DNA from: Nitrosopumilales archaeon
GTDB lineage: Archaea; Thermoproteota; Nitrososphaeria; Nitrososphaerales; Nitrososphaeraceae
Direction of reading: 5' to 3'
Length of the DNA stretch: 64,000 bases
NCBI GenBank assembly: GCA_044507735.1
Contig: JBIQJB010000004.1
Coordinates: forward strand, 33,083 to 97,082
The notes beneath the pieces were generated by a model. It was not told the origin of the DNA. It searched no databases and saw only the letters and a program-made list of their open reading frames with translations. The first letter of the stretch is position 1, and every line of letters starts with the position of its first letter. The translations under genes and the position numbers were made by a program. This document shows, piece by piece, positions 58,587-64,000 of the stretch.

Positions 58587-59243
58587 TTGACTTTGTCGTT
58601 GCCCCACAGCACAGAGATGGAATCAGTGGACAAGGCGATACTTGCTTCGATTTATTGCAGCATGCTTGATCCTTCGGTCGCGGCCTACGACAGGATCAAG
58701 ACAAGAGTACCATTGAGTCGAGAGTTCTTTGATGCAAGGGTCAGCCACCTTGTCAAGATGGGCCTCGTGGAAAAATCGGATCCAAGCAAGCTCACCTTCA
58801 TCGGGCGGGACGCACTCAAGGTCGTACTGGTTGGAGGAGTATTTGATCTAATCCATCCCGGTCACATCCACACGCTCAAAGCTGCAAAGGCAGAGGGCGA
58901 TGTGTTAGTGGTAGTAGTTGCAAGACAATCGACCGCACAAAAGATCAAGAAGGACAGAAAGATCTACCACGATGAAAACCTGCGCAAGGAGTTGGTGTCT
59001 TCACTCAACTTCGTCGATCTAGTCTTGATAGGAAGAGAGGGCACTCTCTACGATACGGTCGAATATGTCAAGCCAAACGTCATAGCTCTTGGATATGACC
59101 AAGCACATAGCGAGAAGGAAGTGGCAGAGAACTGCAAAAAGCGCAATCTCAACGTGCACGTCATACGCCTGTCAACTCCGATACCTGGTTCGAAGAGCAG
59201 CACGATAAAGCAAGAGCTAGGCGATTCTATCTACGGCATCTGA
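58587..59243 (+). CDS. ribL: FAD synthase (RibL) with N-terminal wHTH-like extension
   Basis: 'GGVFDLIHPGHIHTL', 'LVVVVAR', 'KPNVIALGYDQ', 'SSTIK'; convergent with ribK; start probably ATG 58617. Confidence 0.85.
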   Translation: MTLSLPHSTEMESVDKAILASIYCSMLDPSVAAYDRIKTRVPLSREFFDARVSHLVKMGLVEKSDPSKLTFIGRDALKVVLVGGVFDLIHPGHIHTLKAAKAEGDVLVVVVARQSTAQKIKKDRKIYHDENLRKELVSSLNFVDLVLIGREGTLYDTVEYVKPNVIALGYDQAHSEKEVAENCKKRNLNVHVIRLSTPIPGSKSSTIKQELGDSIYGI

Positions 59244-59932
59244 TGCTGGCTCAGCTGTACCTGCACTTTGACTCGGTCGCCGTTCTTGATATCGGCTTTT
59301 TGCTTGATAGATTCTGGCGCGATCACTTCAAGCATAGTGTCGTCATAGTGCGTGCGTTCCAGCACAAGTACTGCGGCGTTTTCGACAATGCCGTCGTTTA
59401 TCGTCGCTCGGTAGCACTTGACCCATCCGTATGTTCTGGTGCCGTCACTAAAGCCATCCAGAAAAATTGACGAGTGCTTACCAAGTTCGCGCCGTGCGTT
59501 CATGAATATTGGATCGGAGAGTTGGACATTCAACGTACCCGGGTACGGCTCATATCCTAGCTTTTCACGGAATTGCCTCCTGTAGCCTTCGAGAGACATG
59601 TAATATGCCCCTTCTCCCATGCCGGATACAACACGTCCTTCAAAATTGATGAATGATGGCGCAGACTCGAGCGCAGATTTGAGTGAAGAGAAAAGAGTCT
59701 GGATCTCTGAATAACCTTTGTCCGTCACCCGGACTGCAAACTTCTGACCTCTTTTTGTGCGTTCGATATAGCCGGAATTCTCAAGGTCGAGCAAGTGTTT
59801 TGAAGCGGTCTGCTGGGACCTCTCAATCCCTTTGCCAAGCTCGGTAGTTGTGACTTGGACAAAATTATGCCGCGCCCCCTTTGAAAGAAGGGCCGCTAGA
59901 GTCAGTATGTGTTGAAGTTTGATCTTGGGCAT
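59231..59932 (-). CDS. ribK: CTP-dependent riboflavin kinase with N-terminal wHTH (RbkR-type)
   Basis: 'TTTELGKGIERSQQTASKHLLDLE' HTH; 'GRVVSGMGEGAYYM', 'PYPGTLNV', 'ERTHY', 'LEVIAP'. Confidence 0.93.
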   Translation of the reverse strand: MPKIKLQHILTLAALLSKGARHNFVQVTTTELGKGIERSQQTASKHLLDLENSGYIERTKRGQKFAVRVTDKGYSEIQTLFSSLKSALESAPSFINFEGRVVSGMGEGAYYMSLEGYRRQFREKLGYEPYPGTLNVQLSDPIFMNARRELGKHSSIFLDGFSDGTRTYGWVKCYRATINDGIVENAAVLVLERTHYDDTMLEVIAPESIKQKADIKNGDRVKVQVQLSQHQMP

Positions 59933-59937
59933 TAGCG

Positions 59938-61224
59938 CTAGTTGCTGATCCCAATGTCTCCGAATGTTCTGACGCGGATATCTGCCGGCTTTTTCAGCTC
60001 AGTGGTCCTGTGACCGACGATATATTCAATGCCTGCCTTATCGGCAGCATCTACGAGTCTCTGGGTTACAATCCCATCTATCACTAGCAGCTTCGCGCCT
60101 TCAGCGCTGTCAAGCCTCTTTATCACTTCAGATACAGGCACTTTTAGCAGCGTGTTCATAGAGCCATCGAGTACTACTGCTTCGAGCGTTTCATTAATCT
60201 GGGGAAAGACACCCCTCACGGCGCTCAGTATCTCAGGCTTATCTTCTGCCAGTACCTCCTTCGACGGCTGCGGCGGCGTTGCGGGCTCTTGTGGAGGCGG
60301 TGTGCGGTACTCTTCCCGCGGCTCTCGCTCCCTGTCCCTACGGTGCCTCTTATCACCTCTGTCACGATCGCGATCCCGATCTCGTTCGTGAGACACGTGA
60401 ACCTGTTGTTGTGGGACTTCTGTTGGAGAGAGTGCATCCTTCAAAATCTCTGACAGCTCTATTGGTGTGCATTCTTCAACCTCTTTTCCAGGTGGCGCCC
60501 TCAGAACCTTGTCGATCTTGACAACGCCGTGTAGTTCCTTAAGTATGAGGTCCCCGGCTCTGTCACCATCAAGAAATGCCACTACACGTTTGCCATCCGT
60601 GAGCTTTGTCACTGACTCGTCAATGCGTGCTCCTTCAATCGCAATCGCATTGTCAAAGCCTGCTCGAAGCAAGTTAATGACATCAGCCCTTCCCTCAACA
60701 AGTATTATCCAATCAGAATCATAAACTCCAGTGCCACACGCCAACTGAGCCTTTCCAAAGCTTGTAAGCTTTCCAGGTTTGCTCGCGTCGTATACATCTT
60801 TGAGCATCTCCTCCCCTTCACTTATTGTCTTTGTCGCCCAGTCCTGAACGATCTTTTTGGCGCGGTCGACAATCACCTTCTTCTTTATTGCGCGTATATC
60901 GTCGATCCCCACAAGGTTGAACTTTGCTTGGAAGGGTCCGACCTTGTCAATGCTCTCGATGGCAGCTGCAATAAGAGCAGCGGTAGAGATGTCTGTGCTC
61001 ATCGGTATCAAGGCGTCGCCCTTTGCCATGTTGCCCTTTGTGTCAACGTTTACTTCGATTCTTCCAACCTTGGATACCTTTTGTAGTTCGTTTAAGTTCA
61101 TTTCTGGCCCGAGTAGACCTTCGGTCTGTCCAAAAATAGCACCGATAATATCGGCCTTCTCGACCAAACCATCAACTTCAAATTTTAATTTGACATGATA
61201 TTTTACGATACCTGTACTAGGCAA
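59938..61224 (-). CDS. dnaG: Archaeal DnaG (TOPRIM; exosome-associated)
   Basis: 'GLVEKADIIGAIFGQTEGLLG', 'ILVEGRADVINLL', 'FLDGDRAGDLIL', 'IDGIVTQRLVD'. Confidence 0.95.
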   Translation of the reverse strand: MPSTGIVKYHVKLKFEVDGLVEKADIIGAIFGQTEGLLGPEMNLNELQKVSKVGRIEVNVDTKGNMAKGDALIPMSTDISTAALIAAAIESIDKVGPFQAKFNLVGIDDIRAIKKKVIVDRAKKIVQDWATKTISEGEEMLKDVYDASKPGKLTSFGKAQLACGTGVYDSDWIILVEGRADVINLLRAGFDNAIAIEGARIDESVTKLTDGKRVVAFLDGDRAGDLILKELHGVVKIDKVLRAPPGKEVEECTPIELSEILKDALSPTEVPQQQVHVSHERDRDRDRDRGDKRHRRDREREPREEYRTPPPQEPATPPQPSKEVLAEDKPEILSAVRGVFPQINETLEAVVLDGSMNTLLKVPVSEVIKRLDSAEGAKLLVIDGIVTQRLVDAADKAGIEYIVGHRTTELKKPADIRVRTFGDIGISN

Positions 61225-61314
61225 TTTCTTTCATAACCTCGTAGTTTTTTGGTATGTGAAACATTTTTCCTTGCTTGAATATAAGTGCTTTGTGAAGTAT
61301 GAGAATTTGATAAA

Positions 61315-61758
61315 TTATGTGTAAAAATACAGATCTTTGCGGCTGCCCGTTATGCCTGACAAACGCGGCGCATAGATCACAAGGTCTTCAACATGTCTCA
61401 CTTTACCATTTGTTATCCTTGCAAGTGCTCGTTTGTAAGAAAGACTGACGCTGTGTCTGCGCGACTGGAGCTGAGACAATAGCCTGCTTGTCAGATACTT
61501 TCCAGTCCTGTCCATGTCAAGCAGCAGGATCATCTTCTTGTTTCTTGCATCGTGGCTGTCGAGAAAGTCTGCTATTCCCTTAAAGTGATGGAAGACCGCA
61601 GGATTGCCGGTAAATCCGACCATTGATAGTGCTTCGGCATCGCGCTTACCTTCAACTACAATGACGGATCCTTTCTCTGATTCTTCGTTGAGCATGCCAA
61701 TAAAATTGCGCAGACGTTCGACAGTTTCGTCATCATTGGCATTGAATTGGTAGCCCAT
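61315..61758 (-). CDS. Small TOPRIM-domain protein
   Basis: 'IVVEGKRDAEAL', 'LLLDMDRTGKYL'. Confidence 0.88.
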   Translation of the reverse strand: MGYQFNANDDETVERLRNFIGMLNEESEKGSVIVVEGKRDAEALSMVGFTGNPAVFHHFKGIADFLDSHDARNKKMILLLDMDRTGKYLTSRLLSQLQSRRHSVSLSYKRALARITNGKVRHVEDLVIYAPRLSGITGSRKDLYFYT

Positions 61759-61848
61759 CGGCCGGCTCTTACTGCGTAAATGTGAGATTTAACATTTTGC
61801 CCTCACATTGAATAAATAGGAACAGGCTCAAGGGGATGATGTCAGCAA

Positions 61849-62538
61849 TTGTCCAAGATACTATCCATACAGAACATTTCTTGTGAGACCCTAGGTGCTC
61901 TTGAGCAACTCTTCAGATCGGATGGGTTTGAAATAGAGACAATCAATGCCCAACAGGGTGGAACGGTGCCGGCCACATCAAAAGGCTACGCGGCAGTCGT
62001 TGTCCTCGGCGGGCCGATGGCGGTCTATGATAACCTTTCATATCTTCAGAAGGAACAGGATCTGATCAAGGATTCAATAAAGAACAACACACCAGTACTT
62101 GGCATATGCCTCGGATCTCAGCTAATCGCGCAGGCAGCTGGCGGCAAGGTGTACAAGGGAGGAAAGAAGGAGATAGGATTGAGTTCTGTCTACATAACCC
62201 CGGCTAGCTCCAACGATATTTTCAGGGGCGTGACCGACAAGACCATTAGAGTTTTTCAATGGCATGGTGACACGTACGATCTACCGTCAAATGCGAAAAT
62301 GCTTGCATATTCTGATCTTTATCCACAAGCATTCAGGATAGGCTCTGCCGTCGGGGTCCAGTTCCACCTAGAAGTCGACAAGCCGATGATTGAATCATGG
62401 ATCAGGGAATACAACGCTGAGATAGAAGCGGAACAGATAGAACCGGCAAACTTACTACCATCCCCGAATGACTTGGAAGAGTTGTCTGCAAGATGCAGAA
62501 CAGTTTACAATAATTTCACGCGGGTTCTCAAGAGCTAG
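61849..62538 (+). CDS. Class I glutamine amidotransferase-like protein
   Basis: 'VLGGPMAVYD', 'LGICLGSQL', 'FQWHGD', 'GVQFHLE'. Confidence 0.92.
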   Translation: MSKILSIQNISCETLGALEQLFRSDGFEIETINAQQGGTVPATSKGYAAVVVLGGPMAVYDNLSYLQKEQDLIKDSIKNNTPVLGICLGSQLIAQAAGGKVYKGGKKEIGLSSVYITPASSNDIFRGVTDKTIRVFQWHGDTYDLPSNAKMLAYSDLYPQAFRIGSAVGVQFHLEVDKPMIESWIREYNAEIEAEQIEPANLLPSPNDLEELSARCRTVYNNFTRVLKS

Positions 62539-62826
62539 TCGCACAAGATTTTTGGTGTTGCATTGTGTTGCTCCTATCGTATCAACTAGTGGAGGTATGA
62601 TGCACTGCTGAGTTGCAGTCTGATCAAAACAACGCCGCTTCTTCACCGCGAAAATATAGGCGAGTTTGCGTAGCTGTAAGCGGTTGTCAGAGGGTGGCCC
62701 CTTTAGCCGCTGCGGATCAAAAAGAATTGAACTGATGATGTCGGCAGTGACGCAAAATTCCCAGGTAAAATAAGTTTCAATCTTGAGGTAACTATATAGG
62801 AAGCTGAACTGGCTTTTTTCTTCACT

Positions 62827-64000
62827 ATGGCCAATGAGAAGGTCCAGAAAATCTTTAATGACGTTTATTCGACCAAGGAAAAAGTAATCACTGAAGAACT
62901 CGCTAAACAGGTTTTGACTGAATATGGTGTAAAGGTTCCCCGGTATGCGCTTGTAAAAAGCGCGGATGAAGCCGCCAAGGAGGCCCAGGCAGTCGGCTAC
63001 CCACTCGTAGCCAAGATAGTTTCCCCCCAAATCCTGCACAAGACCGACGTAAAGGGCGTCAAGGTCGGCTTGAAAGACGAGTCCGCAGTCAAAGAAGCGT
63101 TCAACGACATGCATGGCAGGCTGAGTTCACAGTACAACGTCAAGGGTGTGCTCCTTGAAAAGATGGCTGCACCCGGCGGCATCGAACTTATCGTAGGCCT
63201 GCAAAACGATCCGCAGTTTGGCCCGGTCATCATGGCAGGTATCGGCGGCATCTATACCGAGGTCTTCAAAGACGTTTCATTTAGAGTGTTGCCAATAACA
63301 AAGGAAGATGCTATCAGCATGATCGAGGACCTGAAGGGTAACAAGATCCTGAAGGGCTTCCGCGGGATGCCACCGGTCAATATGGACATGCTTGCGGATG
63401 CACTTGTCAACATCGGCAAATTTGGAACAGACATGGCTCCATTTTACGAGAGCATTGACTTTAACCCTGTGATATTCTATGAAAATGACTATGTTGTGGT
63501 CGATGCAAAAATCTTGCTGAGGGAGAAGCCAGAGCCGGAGATCATATCAAAGGCCCAGCCAGATTCGCAATATATGGACCTATTTTTCAATGCAAAGTCA
63601 ATTGCTCTCATTGGTGCTTCTCCAGAGCCAGGCAAAGTTGGGAATTCAGTGCTTGAGAGTATGGTCAAGCACGATTACAAGGGAAAGGTATTCCCTGTCA
63701 ACGCAAAAGGATATCCAGAGATCATGGGCATCAAGGCCTACAAGAGCCTTGACGATATCTCTGACAAGATCGATTTGGTCGTGGTGACTGTCGATCTGAA
63801 ATTTGTTCCAGATCTGCTAAAGTCAGCTGCAAAGAAAGACATACACAACTTTGTCATAATTTCCGGCGGTGGCAAGGAGCTTGGTGGTGAGCGTGCCGCG
63901 ATTGAAGCACAGATCAAAGAATTGTCAAAGCAGTTAAGGATCAGGATCATTGGCCCCAACTGCATCGGCATGTTCAACGGAGAGAACCGCCTTGACTGTG
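62827..64000 (+). CDS. 3-hydroxypropionyl-CoA synthetase (ADP-forming) of the thaumarchaeal 3HP/4HB cycle; truncated by window end
   Basis: Open frame from ATG 62827: [10 protein letters not shown]...[12 protein letters not shown]...[10 protein letters not shown] (ATP-grasp first), then CoA-binding '[13 protein letters not shown]...[12 protein letters not shown]...[11 protein letters not shown]'; this order and sequence match the Nmar_1309-type enzyme as recalled. Confidence 0.85.
   Translation, partial: MANEKVQKIFNDVYSTKEKVITEELAKQVLTEYGVKVPRYALVKSADEAAKEAQAVGYPLVAKIVSPQILHKTDVKGVKVGLKDESAVKEAFNDMHGRLSSQYNVKGVLLEKMAAPGGIELIVGLQNDPQFGPVIMAGIGGIYTEVFKDVSFRVLPITKEDAISMIEDLKGNKILKGFRGMPPVNMDMLADALVNIGKFGTDMAPFYESIDFNPVIFYENDYVVVDAKILLREKPEPEIISKAQPDSQYMDLFFNAKSIALIGASPEPGKVGNSVLESMVKHDYKGKVFPVNAKGYPEIMGIKAYKSLDDISDKIDLVVVTVDLKFVPDLLKSAAKKDIHNFVIISGGGKELGGERAAIEAQIKELSKQLRIRIIGPNCIGMFNGENRLDC

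Noticed and set aside
57876-58590. Long ORFs 57976-58590 (+) and 57876-58427 (-)
   Set aside because: Mirror-frame pair with Arg/Ser/Cys-rich, non-protein-like composition; a shorter alternative-frame ORF (58212-58376) explains the purine bias better.
62455-63977. Minus-strand ORFs at the right end
   Set aside because: Antisense to the 3-hydroxypropionyl-CoA synthetase, which the track omitted because it has no stop codon inside the window.
1-64000. CRISPR array, rRNA, transposase/IS or integrase
   Set aside because: No regularly spaced repeats, rRNA signatures or DDE/Y1/tyrosine-recombinase motifs were found by eye.

Overview
64 kb of core chromosome from an ammonia-oxidising archaeon, most consistent with Nitrososphaera/Nitrososphaeraceae. 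The assignment rests on amoC, a thaumarchaeosortase, type-1 copper proteins, and an ADP-forming 3-hydroxypropionyl-CoA synthetase truncated at the right edge. About 70 CDS cover transcription/translation (tfb, rpoE1, spt4, rps30e, rpl10e, EF-1beta, aspS, proS, endA, pth2), NAD and flavin biosynthesis (nadA/nadC/nadX, ribK/ribL), DNA maintenance (XPD/DinG helicase, dinB, alba, smc, nre, dnaG), CDC48, lipid genes (geranylgeranyl reductase, inositol-1-P synthase) and many small Cys-rich proteins, three short ORFs being absent from the supplied track. There is one tRNA-Glu(CTC). I saw no CRISPR array, rRNA, integrase or transposase. The most notable unexplained element is a ~345-nt structured non-coding RNA candidate (HgcG-like) on the minus strand just upstream of proS. 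Other leads are a stand-alone amoC paralog, a tfb/RHH-regulator divergon with an operator-like array, a Cys-rich micro-protein pair behind a perfect palindrome, and a frameshifted response-regulator pseudogene. All family calls are from motif recognition and memory; no database search was run.
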